A stretch of DNA of 64,000 nt from Gallionellaceae bacterium (GTDB lineage: Bacteria > Pseudomonadota > Gammaproteobacteria > Burkholderiales > Gallionellaceae), in the NCBI GenBank assembly GCA_036524005.1, contig DATDDB010000094.1:2124-66123 (forward strand), written 5' to 3'. This document shows positions 55,942-64,000 of this stretch, one piece after another. Each line of letters starts with the position of its first letter. Position 1 is the first letter of the stretch. The notes below the pieces were generated by a model. It was not told the origin of the DNA, ran no database searches, and was given only the letters and a program-made list of their open reading frames with translations. A program made the position numbers and the translations under genes.

Positions 55942-57141
55942 ATGCTATTCCCTGATCTCCTCAAACTCACCACCTCCAGCTTCGTGCATGCACGGCTGCG
56001 CAGCTTCCTCACCGGGCTGGGCATCGCCATCGGCATCACCGCGGTGATTCTGCTCACCTCCATCGGCGAGGGGCTGCACCAGTTCGTGCTCGCGGAATTC
56101 TCGCAGTTCGGCACCAACATCGTCACCATCCAGCCGGGCAAGACCCAGGTGCAGGGTGGCAACGCAGGCGTGCTGGGCTCGGTGCGCACGCTTTCGCTGG
56201 ACGATGCCGACTCACTGCGCCGCCTGCCCTACGTGGAGCACGTCAATGTCAGCGTGATGGGCAACGCAGACCTGCATTACAGCGGCAAGACGCGGCGCAC
56301 CACGGTGTTCGGCGAAGGGCGCGAATTCGCCCGCGCCTTCACCATGAAGGTGGCGAGCGGGACGTTCTGGCCGGACGAGGATAACGAACAGGCGCGCGCG
56401 CTGGTGGTGCTGGGCTCCAAGGTCAGCCTGGAGCTGTATGGCGGGCAGAACCCGCTCGGCTCCTACCTGCGTGTGGGCGGCCAGCGCTTCCGCGTGATCG
56501 GCGTGATGGAGCCCAAGGGACAAATCCTCGGCCTTGACCTGGACGACACCGTGTTCATCCCGGCGGCGCGCGCGATGGAGCTGTTCAACCGCCCCGGGCT
56601 GATGGAAGCGCAGGTCAGCTACCAGGCCAGCGCCGACCCGAACACCGTCATCGCCCTGATCAAGGAACGCCTCACGCAGCGCCACGGGCGCGAGGACTTC
56701 ACCATCATCTCACAGGAACAGGCGCTGGATGTGCTCAACTCGGTGCTGGGCGTGCTCACCTTCGCCGTGGGCGCGCTGGGCGGCATCTCGCTCGTGGTGG
56801 GTGCCGTGGGCATTCTCACCATCATGACCATGGCCGTCACCGAGCGCACCGCCGAGATCGGCCTGCTGCGCGCGCTGGGCGCGCAGGAGCGCCAGGTGCT
56901 GACGCTGTTCCTGGGCGAGGCCATGCTGCTCTCCGCCCTGGGCGGCCTGGCCGGATTGATTATGGGCATCGGCATCGCGCAGGCGCTGCACTGGGTATTC
57001 CCCGCCCTGCCGGTGCACACGCCCATCATATTCGCCGTGGTGGCGGAACTCACCGCGGTTGCCATTGGCCTTGCCGCAGGCGTCATGCCCGCGCGCCGCG
57101 CGGCACGGCTGGACCCGGTGGAGGCGCTGCGCGCGGAATGA
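55942..57141 (+). CDS. ABC transporter permease (MacB_PCD plus FtsX domains), second copy
   Basis: 399 aa, same architecture as 54084-55292, AAGGGA Shine-Dalgarno sequence. Confidence 0.9.
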   Translation: MLFPDLLKLTTSSFVHARLRSFLTGLGIAIGITAVILLTSIGEGLHQFVLAEFSQFGTNIVTIQPGKTQVQGGNAGVLGSVRTLSLDDADSLRRLPYVEHVNVSVMGNADLHYSGKTRRTTVFGEGREFARAFTMKVASGTFWPDEDNEQARALVVLGSKVSLELYGGQNPLGSYLRVGGQRFRVIGVMEPKGQILGLDLDDTVFIPAARAMELFNRPGLMEAQVSYQASADPNTVIALIKERLTQRHGREDFTIISQEQALDVLNSVLGVLTFAVGALGGISLVVGAVGILTIMTMAVTERTAEIGLLRALGAQERQVLTLFLGEAMLLSALGGLAGLIMGIGIAQALHWVFPALPVHTPIIFAVVAELTAVAIGLAAGVMPARRAARLDPVEALRAE

Positions 57142-57244
57142 CCCAAAGGATTGCGGGATGCGTGAACTTCCCGTATCTTCCACCCAGCTTCACACTGTAA
57201 ACGCCAGGCGCAAGCGGCCAGCAACCGTTCACATAGGGGGTAAC

Positions 57245-57832
57245 ATGTTCAAGTATATTCTCATCATCGCGCTGGCCGCAGGCGGCGGCTGGTACTACAC
57301 GCACCGCAAGGTAATTGACCCCACCGCCATGCTCGCGCCAAACGATCCGGTGCAGGTCGATCTTTACAGTGCAGCCCCAGTCGAACTTAACGGCTATAAG
57401 CTTACCCCCATGGCTGATTTTCGCGCCGAGGCGCGCGTGCTGAGCGCCACTTCTTATAGTTCCGGGCGCGAAGCCGACCTGTCGCCGGTCGATCTGGCTC
57501 TGGGCTGGGGACGCATGTCGGTCGGCAATGTGATCGACCGCCTCAATATTTCCCAGGGCAGCCGCCATTACTTTTACCGGTGGACTGATGCACCGCCCAT
57601 CCCGCAGCAGGAGATCATCACGCACAGTGCCAACATGCACATGATCCCTGCCAACGCTGCGATCGAAAAACAGCTGGAACGCGTCAGTACTGACGACCTG
57701 GTCAAAATCGAAGGACAATTGGTATATATCCGCGCGAACGACGGTTGGGGCTGGAACAGCTCCTTGCGGCGCGACGATAGCGGCGACGGCGCCTGCGAGG
57801 TCGTGCTGGTGAGGAGCATGCAGATTTACTGA
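57245..57832 (+). CDS. Membrane-anchored hypothetical protein (conserved uncharacterised periplasmic domain)
   Basis: 195 aa from the ATG at 57245 with a GGGGG Shine-Dalgarno sequence. N-terminal TM helix MFKYILIIALAAGGGWYY, then DLALGWGRMS, SQGSRHYFYRW, NMHMIPAN and GDGACEVVLV blocks. The family is not recognised. Confidence 0.6.
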   Translation: MFKYILIIALAAGGGWYYTHRKVIDPTAMLAPNDPVQVDLYSAAPVELNGYKLTPMADFRAEARVLSATSYSSGREADLSPVDLALGWGRMSVGNVIDRLNISQGSRHYFYRWTDAPPIPQQEIITHSANMHMIPANAAIEKQLERVSTDDLVKIEGQLVYIRANDGWGWNSSLRRDDSGDGACEVVLVRSMQIY

Positions 57833-58100
57833 GCGCCCAAGGAAACCGCCCTATTGTTCTTTGACCAAAACTGGTTAATGCTTTTGCCGCAGCAACACCT
57901 TCTGTCCGTTATGTGCAGGCTGGCCAAATCTGGCGAGTAGATGATATTGAGGTTCGCAAAGCACCGGCCCTGGAATACCTGACAGCGCTTTCGTTACCCG
58001 TGGCACTGTTGATTCTTTTCGCCTGCGGCGGCATCAGGGGCTGGGCTTGTTTCTGGCATTACCGGCAGCTCAACTAATTTTCGCATTTCGCACAACTGGC

Positions 58101-59282
58101 ATGAAACCCCCAATAACCTGCGACATCTTCTGCACCGTGGTGGACAACTACGGCGACATCGGCGTGAGCTGGCGGCTGGCGCGCCAGCTGGCGAACGAGC
58201 ATGGCGTGGCGGTGCGGCTGTGGCTGGACGACCTGGCGAGTTTGCAGCGCCTGTGCCCGGAGCTGGATGCCGGGCTGGAGCGCCAGGTTTGCCGGGGGGT
58301 GGAGGTGGCGCACTGGAGTAAGGAGTTTCCGGAGGCACAGCCTGCCGACCTGGTGGTCGAGGCCTTTGCCTGCGAACTGCCCCCCAGTTATATCCGGGCC
58401 ATGGCCGCCCAAGAACAGAAGCCGGTCTGGGTGAACCTGGAATACCTGTCCGCCGAGGACTGGGTGGAAGGCTGCCACAAGCTGCCCTCCCCGCGCCCCA
58501 ATCTGCCGCTGGTGAAGTATTTTTTCTTTCCCGGCTTCACCCCGAAAACCGGCGGCCTGCTGCTGGAACGCGACCTGTTGGCGCGGCGCGACGCCTTCCA
58601 GCGCAACCCGGCGGCGCTTGACGCTTTCTGGCATGGCTTGAATCTGCCGCCAACTCAGGCTAACGAGCTGCGTATTTCGCTTTTCTGCTACGAAAACCCG
58701 GCTATTCCGGAATTGCTGCAAACCTGGGAAAGCGGGACTCGGCCTATCACCTGCCTGGTGCCTGAGGGCCGTGCACTGCCGCAAGTAGCTGCTTACTTTG
58801 GCGCCACGCAGCCCAAGGTGGGCGATGCCTGGTCACGCGGCAGGCTGCAGGCGCGCGTGCTGCCCTTTGTGGAGCAGGCGCGCTACGACGAGCTGTTGTG
58901 GGCCTGCGACATCAATTTCGTGCGCGGTGAGGATTCCTTCGTGCGCGCGCAATGGGCAGGCAAGCCATTGATTTGGCATATTTACCCGCAGCACGACGGT
59001 GTGCACATGCAGAAATTGCGCGCCTTCCTGGAAAAATACTGTGCCGGTCTGACGCCGGATGCGGCGCAGGCCTTGCACGGGCTCTGGGAGGGATGGAACG
59101 GCGCAGGAAATGGCGTGGCGGCATGGAACGATTTCGCGGCGCGCCAGTCTATGCTGGCTGAACATGCCCAATTCTGGGCACAAGCGCTTTCCGGAAATAG
59201 TCTGGCTTTGAATCTGCTGGATTTTTTCCGGGAAATAGGTAAAATTCGCCCCTTTGGAATTAAGGCAGGAAGACAGTCATGA
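58101..59282 (+). CDS. earP: EF-P arginine-32 rhamnosyltransferase EarP
   Basis: 393 aa from [30 protein letters not shown], the characteristic EarP/DUF2331 N-terminus. ATGA overlap with efp. Confidence 0.88.
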   Translation: MKPPITCDIFCTVVDNYGDIGVSWRLARQLANEHGVAVRLWLDDLASLQRLCPELDAGLERQVCRGVEVAHWSKEFPEAQPADLVVEAFACELPPSYIRAMAAQEQKPVWVNLEYLSAEDWVEGCHKLPSPRPNLPLVKYFFFPGFTPKTGGLLLERDLLARRDAFQRNPAALDAFWHGLNLPPTQANELRISLFCYENPAIPELLQTWESGTRPITCLVPEGRALPQVAAYFGATQPKVGDAWSRGRLQARVLPFVEQARYDELLWACDINFVRGEDSFVRAQWAGKPLIWHIYPQHDGVHMQKLRAFLEKYCAGLTPDAAQALHGLWEGWNGAGNGVAAWNDFAARQSMLAEHAQFWAQALSGNSLALNLLDFFREIGKIRPFGIKAGRQS

Positions 59283-59839
59283 AAATTGCACAAGAGTTGC
59301 GCGCCGGTAACGTGGTGATGGTTAACGACCAGCCGCTGGTGGTACAGAAAGCCGAATACAGCCGTTCGGGCCGCAATGGTTCGGTGGTGAAATTCAAGTT
59401 CAAGAACCTGCTGACCGAGGCGCCCAGCGAATCGGTGTACAGCGCCGACGACAAGTTCGAGCAGATCATCCTGGATCGCAAGGAATGCACCTATTCCTAC
59501 TTCGCCGATCCGATGTACGTGTTCATGGACGAGGAATACAACCAGTACGAGATCGAAGCCGAGAGCATGGGCGATGCGATCAACTATCTGGAAGACGCCA
59601 TGCCCTGCGAAGTGGTGTTCTACAACGAAAAGGCGATTTCCGTGGAATTGCCCAACACCGTGATCCGCGAAGTCATCTACACCGAGCCCGCCGTGCGCGG
59701 CGACACCTCGGGCAAGGTGATGAAGCCCGCCAAGATCAACACCGGCTTCGAACTGCCGGTCGCGGCCTTCATCGAGATCGGCGACAAGATCGAGATCGAT
59801 ACGCGCACCAATGAGTTCAAGAAGCGCGCTACCGCTTAA
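59279..59839 (+). CDS. efp: Translation elongation factor P (Arg32 type)
   Basis: 186 aa. The loop [17 protein letters not shown] places Arg at position 32, where E. coli has Lys34. Confidence 0.95.
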   Translation: MKIAQELRAGNVVMVNDQPLVVQKAEYSRSGRNGSVVKFKFKNLLTEAPSESVYSADDKFEQIILDRKECTYSYFADPMYVFMDEEYNQYEIEAESMGDAINYLEDAMPCEVVFYNEKAISVELPNTVIREVIYTEPAVRGDTSGKVMKPAKINTGFELPVAAFIEIGDKIEIDTRTNEFKKRATA

Positions 59840-59961
59840 TTCCGGCCCGCATTAAAACGATAACTGCGTTGGCTGCGTTTTCGGCTCCTAGCCGCACTTC
59901 ATTGTGCTGTCTTCGTCGCCTCATCCTGGCCGCCTTGTTCTCCTTTTAATGCAAGCCGGAA
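59840..59961 (+). repeat. ~120-nt foldback/REP-like element starting right after the efp stop codon
   Basis: Arms ttccggcccgcattaaaa (59840-59857) and ttttaatgcaagccggaa (59944-59961) match at 16 of 18 positions. Contains cttcgtcgcc, identical to the RNA-sense copy in the 9692-9811 element. Confidence 0.6.
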
Positions 59962-59979
59962 TACACGCCCGATAGTACG

Positions 59980-60007
59980 AAAAAAGGCAGCCCAGGCTGC
60001 CTTTTTT
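59980..60007. terminator. Bidirectional intrinsic terminator between efp and the gldG-like gene
   Basis: aaaaaaggcagc-ccag-gctgcctttttt, a GC stem flanked by A6 and T6 tracts. Confidence 0.8.
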
Positions 60008-60034
60008 ATTTCTGCTTTATTGCCTGGCGCTGGC

Positions 60035-61381
60035 CTATCTTCTCCTGTGCCACCACAGCGCCCCGCCCACCAGCGCAAATGCCACGGGCAGTACGATGAT
60101 CAGGCCGACGCTGATGATGCCCAGTTGCGTCCAGCTCAGTGTGACGGTGTCATCCTTGGCCGCGCGCGGCGGAATGAAAATGAGGTTGTCCTGTTTGCCC
60201 AGCCAGTTGACCATGTTGACGCCAAGATCGAGATTGCGCAAATTGCCGGAATACTGGTTGGACAGGAACGCGCCGCTACCCACAGCCACGATGCGCTGCT
60301 CGCGGTGGTCCACTTCACGCTCCAGCGCCAGGGCGATGACCACCGGGCCAGGCTCATCGCGATTTTTGTTGAATTTCGGCGCTGTATTCCCCTTGGGTGG
60401 ATTTTCGCTCACCCATCCGCGCGGAGCGGCATCCACCAGCGTGCTGTAATGCCAGGGCTGGTTTTCTTCGTGGTCCAGCGCGCGCGCAAAGGGGAACACC
60501 GTGGGGTAGCCGAAGTCGCGGGTAATGGCGTGCGGCGGGTAGTTCGCCCCCAGGGTCCAGGTTGGCGGCACCCGCAGCTGTTGGGCATCCGGGTCGATGA
60601 CGATGCCGGGCACGAGCGACAAGCCGAGCTTTTCGGCAAGCGGTTCCAGCCCATGCATGGGCTCGGCATCCAGCAGCCACAGGATATTCCCGCCGTGGTC
60701 CACGTAGCGCATCAGCTTGTCCACTTCGCCCGGCAGCCAATCCACCTGTGGCTGGGTGATGACCAGCAGACTCGCGTTATCGGGCACATCCTGAGCCACC
60801 GCAAGATTCAGGCTGGACATGCGGAAGCCAAGCTTGCCCAGCCGTTTGCCGAAATCGCCCAGGTCGAAGTTGGCGATGCCCTCCAGCTTGCGCTCGCCGT
60901 GGCCGTCCACATACATCACCAGCTGCTGCTGACGGTGCGCCAGGCTCAGCAGGGCGCTGGTGAGCACCTGCTCGTTCAGCATGGATAGGTGTTCGCGGCG
61001 CCCATCGTATTCCACCACCATTTCGCCGTTGGCCTGAATTTCTGCCTTGCGCGCCTCTTCCGGGTGCTGCGCCGGGTCCATGAAATCCAGGGTGATGTCG
61101 GACTTGTAGCGCTGGTATAGCCCCACGAACTGGCGGATCAGCTTGCGCATGTCCGCTTGCTTGGCATCCTGTTCCGGGCTGAACACGCGTATTTGCACCG
61201 GCCCCGGCAGTTGCTGCAGCGCCTGCACGCTGACGGGTTCCAGGCTGTTGCTGGCACCCTGGGTCAGGTCGCGCTGCAGCGGATAGCGCGCGGCCAGCCA
61301 GCCGAGCGCAATTGCCGCGGCGAGCAACAGCGCCGCATAGGCGAAATTTTTCAGCATCAGGTTTTTGCGGGTCAGTTTCAT
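60035..61381 (-). CDS. GldG-family ABC-transporter auxiliary protein
   Basis: 448 aa from MKLTRKNLMLKNFAYAALLLAAA. N- and C-terminal TM anchors (…GLIIVLPVAFALVGGALWWHRRR) and a large periplasmic domain. The 93-codon track extension is rejected. Confidence 0.75.
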   Translation of the reverse strand: MKLTRKNLMLKNFAYAALLLAAAIALGWLAARYPLQRDLTQGASNSLEPVSVQALQQLPGPVQIRVFSPEQDAKQADMRKLIRQFVGLYQRYKSDITLDFMDPAQHPEEARKAEIQANGEMVVEYDGRREHLSMLNEQVLTSALLSLAHRQQQLVMYVDGHGERKLEGIANFDLGDFGKRLGKLGFRMSSLNLAVAQDVPDNASLLVITQPQVDWLPGEVDKLMRYVDHGGNILWLLDAEPMHGLEPLAEKLGLSLVPGIVIDPDAQQLRVPPTWTLGANYPPHAITRDFGYPTVFPFARALDHEENQPWHYSTLVDAAPRGWVSENPPKGNTAPKFNKNRDEPGPVVIALALEREVDHREQRIVAVGSGAFLSNQYSGNLRNLDLGVNMVNWLGKQDNLIFIPPRAAKDDTVTLSWTQLGIISVGLIIVLPVAFALVGGALWWHRRR

Positions 61382-61389
61382 GTGCCGTT

Positions 61390-62133
61390 TCAGCCGTAGA
61401 TACGGTTGTTGTCCAGCCTGCGTATTGCCAGCAGCAGGAAAAAAGCGCAGAACAACAGGAAATACACGAAGTCGCCGCTGTCCAGCAGCCCGCTGTTGAA
61501 GCTCTGGAAATGCCCGGTGGGCGCTATGGAGTGCAGGAAGCGCGAGCCGTCGGACGCTGTGGATTCTGCCAGCCAAAGCCCTAAAAGCACGGCCTGCGCA
61601 CCGATGGCGGCGACGAGGGGCTGATTGGTGAGCGCCGAGATATACAAACCCAGCGCGCAATAACTGGCACTGAGCAGCAGCATGCCGCAGGCGTTAGCCG
61701 CCAGCAGCCCGAAATCCATGGGCGTTCCCAGCGCCAGCGTCAGCGTCATGGCGGCGCAAACCAGGACAATCAGCCACAGGAATACCGCCAGCCCGGCAAA
61801 TTTCCCCAGCACGATGGCGCTGCTGGAAAACGGTGCGGCCAGCAGCAGTGGCAGGGTCTGGTTGCGGCGTTCCTCGGCGAGCAGGCGCATGGTGAACACC
61901 GGCGTGAACATCATCATGACGAGGGCGACTATGCTGAAGAAATACGGGATCACCGCTTGCGTGGCCCCCGGCGCATTGGCGAGCAGCACCAGCTTGGACT
62001 GGATTTGCAGGAATTCGTCCAGCCGGCCGAAAAATGACAGTGCCAGCATGAATTGCAGCCCGCCCAGAAGATACCAGGTGGAAGGAGCGTGAAACAGGCT
62101 GCGCAGCTCTTTCAGTGCAATCAGGCGGATCAT
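61390..62133 (-). CDS. ABC-2 type transporter permease (GldF-like)
   Basis: 247 aa, six predicted TM helices, 1-nt overlap with the upstream ATPase gene. Confidence 0.8.
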   Translation of the reverse strand: MIRLIALKELRSLFHAPSTWYLLGGLQFMLALSFFGRLDEFLQIQSKLVLLANAPGATQAVIPYFFSIVALVMMMFTPVFTMRLLAEERRNQTLPLLLAAPFSSSAIVLGKFAGLAVFLWLIVLVCAAMTLTLALGTPMDFGLLAANACGMLLLSASYCALGLYISALTNQPLVAAIGAQAVLLGLWLAESTASDGSRFLHSIAPTGHFQSFNSGLLDSGDFVYFLLFCAFFLLLAIRRLDNNRIYG

Positions 62134-62915
62134 TATGATAGCTCCTCGGGCGCCTGCTCCGTGCGCGCGTCGTTCTGGGCATGGTTGCGGGTGATTGCCA
62201 TGAAAATATCTTCCAGTTTCATATTCCCGCCGCCGAATTGCTTCATGCGCACGCTGGTGTCGCTGTAGATCAGGCGGCCCTGGTGCATGATTTCCACGCG
62301 GTCGCAGATGCTTTCCACCTCGCTGAGCAGGTGGGTGGAGAGTATCACGCTGTGCGCATCGCCCAGTTCGCGGATCAGCGCGCGGATGTCGCGGATCTGC
62401 GCGGGGTCCAGGCCGACCGTGGGCTCGTCGAGGATGACCACCTCAGGCTCGTGAACGATCGCTTGCGCGATGCCGACGCGCTGCTGATAGCCCTTGGAAA
62501 GCGTGCCGATGATCTTCCTGCCTGCATCCTGCAAGCCGCAGCGGCGCATGGTTTCCGCCAGCGCCCCGGCGATTTTCCCCTGCGGCACGCGGCGCAACCT
62601 GGCTGCAAACTCCAGGTAATCCTCCACCCGCATGTCGCGGTACAGCGGCGGGGTTTCGGGCAAATAGCCGACGCAGGCGCGCGCCTGGTCGGGCTGGCGC
62701 GCCAGGTCGAAGCCACAGATTTCGATGCGCCCGGAATGCGGCAGCAGCACGCCGGAGAGCATTTGCAGCGTGGTGCTCTTGCCCGCGCCGTTGTGGCCGA
62801 GCAGGCCCAGCACTTCGCCGCGCCGCAATTGCAGCGAAACGCCCTCCACTGCTCCATGCCTGCCAAAACGGCGGGACAGGTCGACTGCCAAGAGGGTGAT
62901 CGGTGCTTCGGACAT
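62133..62915 (-). CDS. ABC transporter ATP-binding protein (GldA-like)
   Basis: 260 aa from MSEAPITLLAV. Walker A GHNGAGKST, signature LSKGYQQRVGIAQA, Walker B VILDEPTVGLD. Confidence 0.9.
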   Translation of the reverse strand: MSEAPITLLAVDLSRRFGRHGAVEGVSLQLRRGEVLGLLGHNGAGKSTTLQMLSGVLLPHSGRIEICGFDLARQPDQARACVGYLPETPPLYRDMRVEDYLEFAARLRRVPQGKIAGALAETMRRCGLQDAGRKIIGTLSKGYQQRVGIAQAIVHEPEVVILDEPTVGLDPAQIRDIRALIRELGDAHSVILSTHLLSEVESICDRVEIMHQGRLIYSDTSVRMKQFGGGNMKLEDIFMAITRNHAQNDARTEQAPEELS

Positions 62916-63057
62916 GCGGTTGCGTTCTTTGAGTTGTAGTAAGTGCCCAATATAACCTAATATGGGCATTTGAAAAATACGGGCGCAAAACTCCGGGACT
63001 GCCGAACTTTCCGTGAGCGAAGTGTCCCACTAAAACTCACCTATAATTTCCCTGAAC

Positions 63058-64000
63058 ATGCCCATTTCTACCACGGCCATGAAGGTTATACGCACCGGCA
63101 TCCCTATTCTGCTGATTTTCCCGCTGTTGCTGTCGGCCTGCGCCACCGCTCCGGAACCCGGCGCCAAGGTGCAGCCCTCATCCGGGGTCGCCAGTCCTGG
63201 GGATCAGGCGGGGAAAACCGCAGAGAAGCCGCTTGCCAAGCCGGAAAACCTGCCCGATGTGGAACTGACCAGCAAACTGCTGTACCAATTCCTCCTGGGC
63301 GAGGTGGCCTTGCAGCGCGGGCAGCCTGGCGTGTCGGCGCAAGTCTATCTCGATCTGGCACGTTCCACGCGCGACCCGCGCGTGGCGCGCCGCGCCGCGC
63401 AAATCGCCTTCGAAACGCGCCAGGCAGACAAGGCCGTCGAGGCATTCAAGCTCTGGCTGGAGCTGGAGCCGGACTCGCAGCCGGCGCAGCAAATGCTCAT
63501 CTCCCTGCTGCTGGGCACAGGCAAGATGGAAGAGGCACGCCCATGGCTGGCGCAGTTCCTCGCTGCGAACCCGGGGAACGCCGGAGTGATTTTCCAGCAG
63601 CTTTCCCCTTTGCTGGCGCGCAGCACAGACAAGATGGCCGCGCTGAAACTGGCACGCGATCTGGCACGGCCCTATCCCAATGTCGCCGAAGCACACCTCA
63701 TGGTGGCGCGAGCCGCGGCTGCCGCGGGCAAGCAGGATGATGCCCTGGCTGAAACACGCAAGGCGCGCAAGCTGCGCCCCGAATGGGACGAGGCGCTGCT
63801 GTTCGAGGTGCAATTGCTCCTGCCCACCCAGCCGCAGCAGGCACAGGCGGCGCTGAAGGATTATCTCGCGGCCAATCCCGATGCAGGCGAGCTGCGCCTG
63901 ATGTATGCACGCATGCTGCTGGAGCGCAAGCAATACGACGAGGCGCGCCTGGAATTCCAGAAGCTGCTCGAAGCCCACCCGGAAAATGCAGACCTGGCCT
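63058..64000 (+). CDS. TPR-repeat lipoprotein (3' end beyond the window)
   Basis: This open frame is absent from the ORF track because it has no stop in the window. MPISTTAMKVIRTGIPILLIFPLLLSAC lipobox, then Ala/Leu-rich TPR-like repeats up to nt 64000. An alternative ATG lies at 63079. Confidence 0.7.
   Translation, partial: MPISTTAMKVIRTGIPILLIFPLLLSACATAPEPGAKVQPSSGVASPGDQAGKTAEKPLAKPENLPDVELTSKLLYQFLLGEVALQRGQPGVSAQVYLDLARSTRDPRVARRAAQIAFETRQADKAVEAFKLWLELEPDSQPAQQMLISLLLGTGKMEEARPWLAQFLAANPGNAGVIFQQLSPLLARSTDKMAALKLARDLARPYPNVAEAHLMVARAAAAAGKQDDALAETRKARKLRPEWDEALLFEVQLLLPTQPQQAQAALKDYLAANPDAGELRLMYARMLLERKQYDEARLEFQKLLEAHPENADLA

Noticed and set aside
57913-58077. Possible 54-aa GTG-initiated ORF with one TM-like segment (..LSLPVALLILFACGGIRGWACFW..) upstream of earP
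   Set aside because: It has no ATG, no convincing Shine-Dalgarno sequence and is very short. I cannot assess conservation. I keep it only as a note.
62970-63740. 256-aa plus-strand ORF from the track (MKNTGAKLRDCRTF...)
   Set aside because: Its composition is Arg/Gly/Ala-rich junk. The alternative frame starting at 63058 gives a lipobox signal peptide and TPR-like repeats and stays open to the window end.

Overview
GC-rich chromosomal window that reads as conserved core genome of a betaproteobacterium-like organism. That placement is an inference from gene content and order: dusB-fis-purH-purD, DciA, EarP with an Arg32 EF-P, and rnpB next to mraZ. I call about 60 protein genes and one ncRNA. 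Left third (1-19.4 kb): heme-c-type sensor GGDEF-EAL protein, ridA, recG, an aldehyde dehydrogenase, ubiA, a small lower-GC two-gene islet (DUF3658-like protein plus a stand-alone CZB zinc-sensor-domain protein), hemF, tsaC, purD, purH, fis, dusB, a ubiH-family hydroxylase, dsbC, corC and argJ. Middle (19.4-43.5 kb, almost all on the minus strand): an orphan cNMP-binding protein, secA, an M23 peptidase, dciA, lpxC and a complete dcw cluster (mraZ-rsmH-ftsL-ftsI-murE-murF-mraY-murD-ftsW-murG-murC-murB-ddl-ftsQ-ftsA-ftsZ). Upstream of mraZ there is a near-consensus sigma70 promoter and a three-box MraZ operator, next to RNase P RNA. Right third (43.5-64 kb): a ComEA-like lipoprotein, a MacA-like adaptor, an mtnP-def-K-channel operon, then mgtA, an OmpR-family regulator, a TctE-like kinase and a MacB-type ABC ATPase with two FtsX permeases. 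These are followed by earP-efp, a gldAFG-like ABC set and a TPR lipoprotein that runs off the window. I see no CRISPR array, integrase, transposase, prophage or recognisable defence genes, and no convincing novel multi-gene system. The most unusual signals are in non-coding architecture. (1) A 62-nt double-hairpin REP-like module occurs twice in inverted orientation, and its only two differences form a compensatory base pair. (2) A 464-nt foldback element bounded by perfect 13/14-bp hairpins splits the two permease genes. (3) A family of ~120-nt foldbacks starts at the stop codons of purH, purD and efp. (4) The K-channel selectivity filter reads GYN instead of GYG. (5) mgtA carries an in-frame Pro-rich (APPP) leader and upstream hexamer repeats. 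Many very long ORFs in the track are antisense shadow ORFs typical of GC-rich DNA and were rejected.
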